The notes under the pieces were generated by a model that saw only the letters and a program-made list of their open reading frames with translations, was not told the origin of the DNA and did no database searches. Made by a program: the position numbers and the translations under genes. Below are positions 14,201-25,405 of a stretch of 64,000 bases of DNA, one piece after another (the first letter of the stretch is position 1; every line of letters begins with the position of its first letter). Origin of the DNA: the human T2T-CHM13v2.0 reference genome, Homo sapiens; the NCBI RefSeq assembly GCF_009914755.1, contig NC_060937.1; one strand, given 5' to 3'.

Positions 14201-15720
14201 GTTTAACTATTTGTGAGGGATCCTCCACCCACCCCCACTTTTCACCACTCACCCCCACCATAATCCACCCATACTCCCCAATCTCCACCTTCCAACACCC
14301 AGTGCCCTCCACGATTAAATCACCTTCTACCTGGCCCCACTTTTAACATTTCTGATTACAACTCCACATGAGTTTCCATAGGGACACACAGCCAAATCTT
14401 ATTATTCTGTCCCTGCCCCACAAATCTCATGTCCTTCTCACTTTGAAAATACAATGATGCCTTACTTACCATTCCCCAAGCCACTATGCTTTTTTTTTTA
14501 CAGCCTGCAGAACCATGAGCCAATCAAACCCCTTTTTGTTATGATTATATAGAAAGTTAGTACTGTGAAGTGAAGCTATGAAATGCCTTCAATGACTTTT
14601 CCCCATCGTCTTGGCTAAGACCCACAAGGCCTTAACTCATTCCAGCATTTATTTAAATGTCTGAAGCCCAAAGTCCCATCTGAGACAAAGATGTGGTCCC
14701 TTCTGCTCCTGAGCCTCTGAAATACAAAGCAAGTTAACTACTTCCAAGGTATGATTGTCCAGACATTGAGTAAGAATTCCCAACCAAAAGGAAGATTTTT
14801 GCCAGAGAAGAACAAAACACAAACGGGACTTACAGGTCCCATGAAAATCTAAAACCCAGCAGGCCACTTATTCAAACCTACAGCTCCAAAGTCATCCTTT
14901 TTTAATCCTTGTCCCACCTCCAGGGCACAAGGGTATGAGGGCTGGGTTCCCAAGGCCTTGGGCAGCTCTCTACCTGTGGCTTTGCAGTGTTCAGTCCCCA
15001 CAGCTGCCCTCATGGGCTGTGCTGGTGTTGACTGCCTGTAGTTTTTACCCACAGAGGGTACAAAGTTCTTGGTGGGTCTATGAATCTGGGGTCTGCATGA
15101 TGCTGGCCTCCAGTGTGGGGACTCCAAGCCCATATTTTCCTTCTGCACTGCCCTAGTACAGGTTTCCCAGGAGGTTCTGCTTTTTTGGCAGCCTTCTGTC
15201 TGGACACCCAGGCATTTTCATACATCTTCCGAAATCTACATGAGGGCTCCGAAGCCTCTGGGCTAGTGCTCTGTGCACCCGCGGGCTTAACACTATGTGG
15301 AAGCCATGGAGCCTTATAGCCTGTACCCTCTGAAGCAGTGATGCAATCTGTACCCGTGCATCTTTCAGCCAAAGTCGGAGCAGGAGCTTGGGCTGCAGGG
15401 ATGCAGGCAGCAGTGTCCTGAGGCTGCACACAGCAGCAGGATCATGGGGCTGGCCCAGGAAACCATTCTTCTCTCCTAGGCCCCAGGGCCTGTGACAGCA
15501 AGGGCTACTGCAAACATCTCTGAAATGCCTCCAAGGCTTTTTTCCCCCATTGTCTTGGCTATTAGCACTGGCCTCCATTTTCTGCAAGTTTCTGGCGCCT
15601 TCATGAATTTTCCCCCAGAAAATCAGCTTTTCTTTTTGACCACTTGGCCAGGCTGCAGATGTTCCAAACTTTTGAGCTCTGCTTGTCATTTAAATATAAG
15701 TTCCAACTTGAGGTCATTTC

Positions 15721-15765
15721 CTCGGTCACACATAACCTCGGTCACACATAAACTCGGTCACACAT
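15721..15765. repeat. 16-bp tandem triplication
   Basis: ctcggtcacacataa(c/a) three times; a single copy in the other units. Confidence 0.85.
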
Positions 15766-18700
15766 GAGAGCACAGGCTGTTTGATGCAGACAGGCCCTCC
15801 CCCCACCCCTTGTGCTATGCTGCCTAGAAGTACATTCCACCAGATATGCACTAAATCATCACCCTCGAGTTCAAAGTTTCACAGATCTTGAGGGCAAGTT
15901 CGCCCTTCAGCCGTGTTCTTTGCTACAGCAAAACAAAAGGTAACCTTGGCTCCTGTTCCCAGTAAGTTCCTCATTTTCATCTGACACCTTGTAAGCCTGG
16001 CCTTCACTGTCCATCCTTCTGCCAGCCTTTTAATCACAACTATTTAACAAGTGCCTACAGTGGTCCAAATTTTCCTTCTTCTCCCTGTCTTCTTTCAAGA
16101 TCTCCAAACTCTCCAACCTCTGGCTGTTACCCACTTCTGAACCTGCTTTACATTTTCAGCTATCTTTGTTGCAGCCTGGCAATGCAGAAGAAAAAGAAGT
16201 CCATTTTCAGGGGGAAACTTCAAGAAGCCTTCAGATATTTGCATTAAAAAGAAGTCCAGTGCTAATAGCCAAGACGATGGGGAAATGTCATTGAAGATAT
16301 TTCATAGCTCCACTTCGCAGTACTTTATTTTCTGTATGATCATAATGAAAAGGGGTTTAATTGGCTCATGGTTCTGCAGGCTGTAAAGAAAGCATAGTGG
16401 CTTCTGCTTCTGGGAGGACTCAGGAAGCCTCCCAATCATACCAGTAGGAAAACAGCAATGAAATGTTTCATACAGCAGGAGTAGGAGCAAGGCTGAGAGA
16501 GGAAAGACGTGCCACACCGTCCTATAACCAGATCTCATGAGAACTCACTATCACTAGGTCAGCATCAAGAAGATGGTGCTTAACCATTGGTGAAGGATCC
16601 GCACCCCAACACAGCTCCACCCCCTACCGTTCCAGACAGAAACCTGCTGCAGAGGCAGAGGCTCTTGGAAATCCTGTACTATGGCAGTGCAGAAGGAAAA
16701 TAAGGGCTTTGAGTGACTATGCAGGAGGCCACCATCCTCTACACCCCAGATTCGTACACCTACCAACAGTTCACACCCTCAGTATGGAAAAGTGATAGGC
16801 ACTCAATACCAGCCAAGCCCATGAGAGTAGCCATGGGGGCTAAAGCCTGCCAAGCCACAGGCCCACTGCCCTGGTAGAGGTTTTCCATGAACCGCTGCCT
16901 CTGCAGCAGGCTACTCCCCCTTCCTACTACCCACCACCCTCCCACCACCCTACAGCCAGCCTACTCTTCCCCACCCTACTCACCCCTTTTTTCTTCCACC
17001 CATACCCCTCCCATCCATGATTAAATAATCTCACACCAGGCCTCACTTCCAACATTTGGGATTACAATTCCACATGAGTTTTTCCAGGGGCACATAGCCA
17101 AATCATATTATGCTGACCTTGACCCCCCCAAATCTCATATCCTTCTCACAGAATAAAATATAATCGTGCCTTTTCAAAGTTTCCAAAAGCCCTAACTCAT
17201 TCCTGCATTAACTCAAGTGTAAAAAGTTCAAAGTCTCATCTGAGACAAGGCTACAGTCTCTTCTGCCTATGAGTCCCTGAAGTTAAAAGGGTGTTCATTT
17301 CTTTCAAGGTACAATGATGGTACAGATATTGGGTAAGCTTTCTCAATCCAAAGGGAAGAAATTTCCAAGAACAATAACACAAATGGGACCACAGGCCCAA
17401 CGGACATCCAAAATCCCGCAGGTCAGTGTTCATTCAATCTCACAGCTCCAAAATCATGAAGAGAACTCACTATCAGAAGGACGGCATTAAGGAGATGGTG
17501 TTCAACCATTTGTGAAGGATGCACCCCCACCCCTGCCTTACACCCCCAACCCCACCACAATCCCCTCCAACCCTCCCCACCACCCACTCCACCCCAACCC
17601 TCCCAACCCCCTCAACCATCCAACCTCCACTCTCCATCATGTTTAAATCACCTACCAGCCCCCACCTTTAACATTTCCCATTAACCTTCCGCTTGAACTT
17701 TGGTAGAGACAGAGAGCCAAAACATATTATTCTGTCCCTGGTCCTCTAAAGTTCATGTCTTTCTCACATTGCAAAATGCAATGATGCCTTCCCTAGAGTC
17801 TCTCAAATCTTAACTCATTCCAGCATTTACTCAAATGCCCAAAGCCCAGCGTATTATCTGAGACAAGTCTACACTCCCTTCTGCCCATGAGCCACTGAAT
17901 TATAAAGCAAGTTTACTACTTCCAAGGTAAATGATTGTACAGGCAATGGGTAAGCATTCCCAGGCAACAGAAAAAAAATTGCTAGAAAGAAGCACAAAAC
18001 ACAGATGGGACTCATAGGATACATAAGTGTCCAAAACCCAGCAGGCCGGTCACTCAATCCTACAGCTCCAAAATCATCGTTTTTGAATCCTTGTCCCACA
18101 TCCATGGCACAGGGCTGTGAGAGCTGAGCTCCCAAGGCCTTGGGCAGATCTGACCTGTGGCTTGGCAGCGTTCAGCCTCCGCGGCTGCCTCTCATGGACA
18201 GGGCTGTTGTTGAGTGCCCATAGCTTTTCCACACTGAGGGTGCAAGCTGTTTGTAGGTCTATGAATCTGGGGTTTGGAGATTGATGCATCCTTCTGTTGG
18301 GGCTTCAACCCTATAAGTCTCTTCTTTGCTCCCCTAGTAGAGGTTCCCCATGAGGTTCTGCCTCTTGGAAAAGCTTCTTCCTGGACATCCAGGATTTTCT
18401 GTACATCTTCTGGAGTCTAGACAGGAGCTCCCAAGCCTCTAGTCTCTTTCTCTGTGCACCTACTGGCTTAACACTATGTGGAAACAATCAAGGCTTTGCG
18501 CCACCTCTGAAGCAGTGACCCAAGCTGTACCTGTGCATCTTTCAGCCATGGCTGGTGCTGGAGCTGCAGGGATGCAGGCAGCAGTGCCCTGTGGTTAAGC
18601 ACAGCAGCAGGGCCATGGGACTGGCCCAGGAAACCATTCTTCTCTCCTAGGCCCCACGGTCTGTGACAGCAAGGGCTGCTGCAGAGGTCTCTAAAATACC

Positions 18701-21700
18701 TTCAAGGCCAGTTTCCCACTGTCTTGGCTGTTTGCACTGTGTTCCTTTTTATGCAAATAACCTAAGCCTTCTTGAATTTTCCCCCTCAAAATCGGCTTTT
18801 CTTTTTGACCACTTGGCCAGGCTCCAAATTTTCCAAATTTTAGATCTCCACTTGAAGTTCCAACTTGAAGTTATTTCTTAGGTCACACATAAGAACACAG
18901 GCTGTTCAATGCAGACAGGACACCTCTTGTGCTATGCTGCCTAGATGTTCATTTCACCAGATACTTCCTAAATCATCACCCCCAAGTTCATAGTTTCACA
19001 GATCTCCAGGGCAGGGTCCCTGTGCTGCCACGTCCTTTGCTAAGGCCAATCAAATGTAATCTTGGCCCCTGTTCATAGGAAATTCCTCATTTTCATCTGA
19101 GAACTTTTAAGTCTGGACTTCAGTGTTTACCCTTTTCTCAGCCTTCTGATCACAAGTATTTAACAATTCTCTATAGTGGTCCAATATTTTCCTCATCTTG
19201 TTGTCTTCTAAGCTTTCCCAACTCTTCCTACCTCTGTCTTTTACCCACTTCTGAACCTGGTTCTACATTGTCAGCTATCTTTATCACAGCCTGGCAATGT
19301 GGTAAAAGAGAAAAGTCCATTTTCAGGGGGAAAATTCACAAAGGCTTCAGATATTTCCATGAAAAGAAGCTGAGTGCTGGTTGCCAAGACAAAGGGGAAA
19401 GGGCCTTGAAGGCATTTCGTGGCTCCATTTCACAGCACTAATTTTCTGTATGATCAAAAGAAAAGAGGTTTAATTGGCTCATGGTTCAGCAGGCTGTAAA
19501 GGAAGCATAGTGGCTTCTGCTTCTGGGAGGATCAGGAAGCCTCCCAATCATACCAGAAGGCCAAGGGGCAAGGAGATGTTTCATATGGCAGGAGTAGAAG
19601 CAAGACTGAGAGAGGAAAGAGGTGCCACACCCTGTTATATAACCAGATCTCATGAGAACACACTATCATGAGGACAGCATCAAGAAGATGCTGCCTAACC
19701 ATTGGTGAAGGATCTGCCTCCCACCCCCACCTCCCAATGTTTCCAGGCAGAAGCCTGCTGCAGACGCAGAGTTCTTGGGATACCTCTACTAGGGCAGTGC
19801 ATTAGGAAAAAATGGACTTGGAGCCCCCACACAGGGGACTACCACCCTCCAGACCCCAGATTCATAGACCCACCAACAGCTTGCACCCTCCGTGTGGAAA
19901 AGCTACAGGCACTCAACACTAGTCCAGTCCATGAGAGCAGCCATGGGTCTCAAACCTGCAAAGCCACAGGTGCACTGCCCTAGTAGGGGTTTTCCATGAG
20001 GCTCTGCCTCTGCAGCAGGCTACTCCCCCTTCCTACTACCCACCACCCTCCCACCACCCTACAGCCAGTCTACTCCCTCCCACCGTACCCACCCCTTTTT
20101 CCCTTCCACATCCACCCCCACCCATGATTAAATCACTCCCTCCCACTCCATCTCATACTCTTATCCCTCCAAACCCTTCCAATATTTGTTTGCTACCCAC
20201 TACTGAGCCTGCTTCTACTTTTTCAGGTATCTATATAGCAGGTTGGCTATGTAGCAATAACAAAAATCCCATTTAAGGGGAAAAATTCAAGATTTCAGAA
20301 ATTTGCTTATAAAGAAGCCCTGTGCTAATAGCCAAGACAAAGGAAAAAAGGCCTTGAAGACATTTCACAGCTCCTCTCTGCAGTTCTAATTTTCTGTATT
20401 ATTGTAAATAAAAGAGGTGTAATTGACTCATGGTTCTGCAAGCTGTGAAGGAAGCATAGTGTCTTCTGTTTCTGGGAGGAATCAGGAAGCCTCCTCATTA
20501 TATCAGAAAGCCAAGGGAAAATGAGATGCCTCCTAAAGCAGGAGCAGGAGGAAGACAGAGTGAGGAAAGAGGTTCCACAGCCTGTTAAGGAATCAGATCT
20601 CATGAGAACTCACTCACTATCAGGAGGTGATGGTCCTTTATCAAGGTGATGGTCCTTTATCATTCGTGAAGGATCTACCTGCACCATTTTATGACTAAAT
20701 CTTTTTCCACCTAGGCCCCGCCTCTGACATCACAGAATATAATTCCACATGAGTTTTGGTAGGGACATAGAGAAAAACCATATTATTCTGTCCCTGACCC
20801 CACGAATCTCATATCCTTCTCACATTGCAAAATACAATCATGCCTTGCCAGCAGTCTCCCAAAGTCTTAACTCACTTCAGCATTAACTCAAAGTTACAAA
20901 GTCCAAAGTGTCATCTGGGTCAAGGCTACAGTCTCTTTTGCCTATGAGTCTCTGAAACAAAAAGCAAGTTCACTGCTTCTAAGGTACAATGATGGTACAG
21001 GCATTTTGTAAGCTTTCCATATCCAAAAGGAAGACATTTTCCAGAAAGCTTCTTATTTCTCTCTGAGACCTCTTCAGCCTGGCCTTCACTGTCCATGTTT
21101 CTGTCAGGATTTTTTGTCACAACCATTGAACCAGTCTCTAGGATGGTCCAAAAGTTTTCTATCTGTCTTTTTTTGAGCCCTCCAAATTCTTCCAACCTCC
21201 ATCCATTACCTGGTTCCAAAGCTGCTTCCACATTTCCAGGTATCTTTATAACAATGCTCCAGTCTTCATTTGCCATTTTCTGTAGATTTATTTTGAAAAA
21301 GAGATTTAATTGTCTCATGGTTCTAAGCACAGTGCTTCTGCTTCTAGGAGGCCTCAGAAATCTTTCAATAATCATGGAAGGCAAAGGAAGAATCAGCTGT
21401 CTCACATGGCAAGGGGAAAACAGAGAGTAGGGATGTGACATAGTTTTCAGTGGCCAGATTTCATGAGAAGTCACTCATTATTGTGAGGATGGTACAAGGG
21501 CATGGTGCTGAACCATTCATGAGAAATTTGCCTTCATAATTCAATCACCTTATAGCAGGATCCACCTTCCACATTAGGAAATATAACTCAACATGAGATT
21601 CGGTGTGGACACATATTCGAATTGCATCATCAATCTTTGAATATAAAGACATCCACAGCAGGCTTTATCCAGCCAACTTCTTTGAGACTCTTTATAGGGT

Positions 21701-21875
21701 TTGAGGTCTAGAGCATATACACTAAAATATTCATACTTCAAAAAGCAATAAAGTGGTATTATCATTTTTCCAAAAGTTACAGCGGTAGTTTAGGCATTCA
21801 TAGCATGATTTAGTTCACATTTGCTACTGTTTCTATTCTATCACGATATTAACTGTTTCCTATACAATTCTGTAT

Positions 21876-22960
21876 TCAGCTGGATTTCAGTTGAGCACAA
21901 AACCATCCTTCTACTAGCTCTTTGCTAGTGTTATTATTCTGCTGTAGAAAGTATCCTTGAACTGGAAACAGTCCACAATGGAGTATCAAGTCATTCAACA
22001 CTATCAATTCCTGGGTGACTTTTTGAAAAAGTAGTATCTCTTGTTGCAAGAAATGCTGCATCTGTGAGTCCATGTCTCTCACTGGAATTGGATGGAAGTG
22101 GTGAATTTCAGCCAAAGTGGCCAAAGAAATGCTGTTCCTGTGATTCTGACATCATCAGCCTCTGCACCTCTATCTTCCCTTCTGCCACTTGTTGTCTGCT
22201 CTCCGTGACTTTTGTAAGAGCTTCCTTGTGTATGTGGACGATGTCCAGGATGTTGGTCTGGTGTCCCTGAGAAAGCACTAACAGGTCCATGGCTGGGTCC
22301 AGGTCCTGCCTGGACTGATTGGCAAAGACCTCACTGACAGTGTGGAAGGCATCTATACTGAAGTGAATGGCCTGGTCCAGCTCCAAGGCCTGGCTGAGGC
22401 TGAAGAACTGGCAGCCTTCTGATGCTCTTTCTTAAAGCCTGTCACCACTCATTGGCTGTGAAGTTGAGGTGAGTGCCCTGTTGTCCATCTTCTTGGTGAA
22501 GCACTTGAAGCCATCAATCTTGCTCTCCCACTCTAAAGGTTGAGTGTCGCCCTGGGGGTGGGCTCAGGGCCAGGAAGAATCTGGCACTCACCAACTCATC
22601 CTTCTCAGCCTTCCTCTTGCCCTGTCTCCAGGCTGTCTCTTTGGTGCTGGTGGGGCGCATCAGGAAGTGACAAAAAATGTGGCACTGTGCCTGCATCCAG
22701 AAGCTGGCCGTGTGGTTCATCCACCAGATTGGGCCCTTTCTGCACTTGAACATAGACACCACTTCACCATAGATGCCTTCCACACTGTCAGTGAGCTCTT
22801 TGCCAATCAGCCCAGGCAGGACCTGGACCCAGTCATGGACCTGTTAATGCTGTCTCAGGGACACCAGGCCAACATCCTGGACATCATCCACATACCCAAG
22901 TAAGCTCTTACCAGAGTCCTTCTCAAGATGGCCTGTGGTCTGCCTCTTGGCATCCAAGAA
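21876..22960 (-). pseudogene. SNX18: Processed sorting nexin-18 pseudogene fragment (end of PX domain, BAR domain, start of 3'UTR), frameshifted and rearranged
   Basis: Minus-strand frames read '[10 protein letters not shown]...[14 protein letters not shown]', 'LDQAIHF...RQDLDPAMDLL...ALTKVTESR' and 'ATLAEIHHFH..VRD..SQMQHFLQQ..FQKVTQ'. These match the recalled SNX18 PX-BAR C-terminus in changing frames, with no intron. Confidence 0.9.
22759..22919 (+). repeat. Inverted duplicate (~160 bp) of SNX18 pseudogene segment 22207-22365
   Basis: The + strand reads [28 protein letters not shown]..., the reverse complement of 22207-22365 ([28 protein letters not shown]). Confidence 0.9.
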
Positions 22961-23084
22961 GCCCACGGTGCTGTAGAAGCCCTGATGCATGGAATGGAGC
23001 CCGAAAGGCAGCGCACACCCCGCTCCTGAGCCTGCTGCTCATTTCCTCTATGTGGCTCCATTTGCAGCACATTTGTTGCATTGA

Positions 23085-23430
23085 GGTCTGTGCACGCCAG
23101 GCAAGGCCAAGCTGACTCAAAGAGCAACCAGCCACCTCTGCAAGGGTGTGCCAGGAGCCGGTGGACCAGCCACCAACCTCACTCCCTGCCAGTCAGGGTA
23201 AATCAGTTATTCTGCCCTGGAGGTAGAGCCCCAGTGCCATCTGCTTTTCCTCAGGCCTCCACTCCATCAGCTGTCAGGTGGTGGTCACTCAGGCTGTGGG
23301 AACCTGGCCATCCCTGTTTCCTTTGAGTGGGGGAGGTTGGTGGCTGGTCCACCTGCTCCTGGCACACCCTTGCAGAGGTAGCTTGTTGCTCTTTGAGCCA
23401 GCTTGGCCTCTCCTGGCATACACAGGTCCC
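23085..23430. repeat. ~100-bp inverted repeat pair (about 23085-23185 and 23325-23430)
   Basis: 'ggccaagctgactcaaagagcaaccagccacctctgcaagggtgtgccaggagc' against its reverse complement 'gctcctggcacacccttgcagaggtagcttgttgctctttgagccagcttggcc'. Confidence 0.88.
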
Positions 23431-24371
23431 GGGTACTGACAAGCTGCTCCGAGTGAGTTTGTCTTCTCTTGGGCCAAATTCTAAGTCTGGCCAGGGCCAC
23501 AGAAGGCCAAGTCCCCTGGGTGGTAATCCTGGCTGCTGCAGGGGGGCCTATGGGGCCCCTCCCCTCCCAGGGCTCAGGATGAGGTCCAACTGGGACAGGA
23601 TGCTTTAGGTATGGGACTTGTGCCCCAGGAGGGGGCCTCTGTCACACAGGTTGGGTGAGAAGATGTATGGCATGCTGCTGGCTGCCAGGGCTGTTGGGAT
23701 GCACATTCACCCTTCCCTTCAGGGACCTCAAAGTGACCAGCTTCCCCTTTAAGAATGACTTCCCAAGGCCCAGGAGCCATCTGGGGCTGCAGAGCAGCTG
23801 GCCGCATGCTGCCCTGGCTTCTTCCATGTTGTGCTGGTCACTACCCACCAAGGGGGTTCAGATGCAGGCACGATGCAGGACGGTTGTCTCTGAACCTGCG
23901 TCTTGGTTATCATGGAGCTGGACTGGGCCTGGTGACAGGGCCCTGATGGGGTTGTCCTGGGTGGTCACGGGGGTGATGAGAAAAATGCAGAATGGAATTG
24001 CTGCGAGGATGAATGAGACGACCGTCAGCACAGAACAGGCACCCGGTGAGTGTTCAGGGATTCCCCTCAGTAGCTGCCCAGAGGCCAAAACCACCCACCT
24101 CATAGTGACTGTCCCCAAGCCAGGAGGAAGAGAAGAGAGCAGGTCCCACTCACCTGAGTCAGTGAGCTGTGTTGAGATGTGCCTCTCATCTAGAAAACGG
24201 TCCTTCACACAGAGCCACTCACAGACACTGCTGTGTGTCTCTAACTGCTCCACAACACAGAGGCGATGGGAACTCAGCAACAGTGACATTGTGGGGTGAC
24301 ACAACCCACCACAATGGAAGCCTGCTTGGGTCAACAGGGCCCAGAGTCAGTGTCCTCTATCCCCTGAACTG

Positions 24372-24440
24372 ACATGTGTGCATGCAATGTGTTTGTGTAT
24401 GCATGTGTGCCTGTGTGTGCGCACATATGTGTGTGTTTGT
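24372..24440. repeat. Degenerate (TG)n microsatellite
   Basis: tgtgtgcatg...gtgtgtgtttg. Confidence 0.7.
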
Positions 24441-24799
24441 CTTACTTCTCTGGACAGGCCTAGCTTCTCCACTCATGGGTGCACCCAGGTCCTCATCACT
24501 GTCACCTTAGAGCATTAGAGCCTCTATAGGTGCTCCCCAATCTCTGTCCTCCCCACCCATGGTGGTCCTGGGGATGCAGACAGAGGAGGGGCACTGCATA
24601 ATGCTGAGAGGGCTGGCACCCTCTCTAGGTGGAACACAGGTAATTTGTAAAGTTGTAGGTCTGCCAAACAGTATTGTATTCAACACATCTTCTCACCTTC
24701 TCTTTCCAGCCACCCTCCAGGGTGCCCTGACTCACCTTCCCTGCAGATGGAGGTGAGGTTCCACAGACAAACCCCCTGAGGTCACACAGTGGCCAGCGG

Positions 24800-25405
24800 G
24801 CCAGGTACTGACCAACCGCCACTGACCAGGTTCCCAGTGATGGGGCCCCTAATGACCACTCCTCCATTGACCAGGTCCCACTGATCAAGTCCCCACTGAC
24901 CATGTCTTCCTAACCAGGCCCGCACTTAATAGGCCTCATGGGCCAGACTCCACTGACCAATTTTCCACTGACCTGGTCCCCAGTGACAAGACCAGGTTCC
25001 CACTGACAAGACCACTATTTACCAGGTTGCTGCTCACCCGACCCCCCACTGAACAATTCTCCATGGATGAGTCCCCAGCTGACCAAGCCACCTCTGACCA
25101 GGCCCTCACTGACCAGGCTCCAAGCCACCAAGGTCCCACACTGACCAGGCCCCTGGTATACTGTATATGCCCCACAAACCAGTTTTTCATTGTTTATGTT
25201 CCAACCAATCAGGCCCCACTAGTAAGGCCACCACTGATGAGGTACCCCCCACTGACCAGGCTTCCAATGACTAGGTCACCAGGTCCCCACTGATGAGGCC
25301 TTTACTGAGGAGCCCACCACTAACCAGGCGCCTGCTGATGAGGTCCCAAATGACTAGGTCCTGATGACCAGGTCACCTCTGACCATGGTCCACTGACCAG
25401 GCCCC
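24800..25405. repeat. Degenerate ~16-bp minisatellite (consensus ~ccccactgaccagg)
   Basis: Dozens of imperfect 'ccactgaccagg', 'cactgacaag' and 'cactgatgagg' units in tandem. Confidence 0.85.

Larger units (their letters stand above)
1..21632 (-). repeat. Tandem array (macrosatellite-like) of rearranged MaLR LTR retroelement units (MST/THE1-type LTR plus internal region); about 6.5 long units and 2 short terminal units; continues beyond the left edge
   Basis: The LTR boundary motif 'ttttcTGTA' followed by 'aagaggtttaattggctcatggttctgcagg' recurs at ~2851, 5939, 9552, 13048, 16333, 19447, 20395 and 21281 (spacings 3088, 3613, 3496, 3285, 3114, 948, 886). MST-type LTR end 'catgattaaatcacctcccaccaggccccac...gggacacagagccaaatcatat' is followed by MST/THE1-internal sequence 'ccccaaatctcatgtccttctcaca...gtctcatctgagacaagg...cccaaggccttgggcagct'. 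Strand is given relative to the recalled consensus. Confidence 0.92.

Noticed and set aside
100-21474. Many recurring 60-180 aa ORFs (PRFIDPPTACTL, QDTAACIPA and similar)
   Set aside because: Chance or remnant frames of MaLR internal sequence. Stops and frames differ between units, so there is no conserved CDS.
1-21632. A full 16.66-kb higher-order repeat
   Set aside because: High similarity is visible only for ~1.25 kb and the following sequence diverges; it cannot be established without the left flank.
23655-24334. 214-aa (+) and 158-aa (-) overlapping ORFs
   Set aside because: No recognisable homology or splice structure; GC-rich sequence yields such ORFs by chance.
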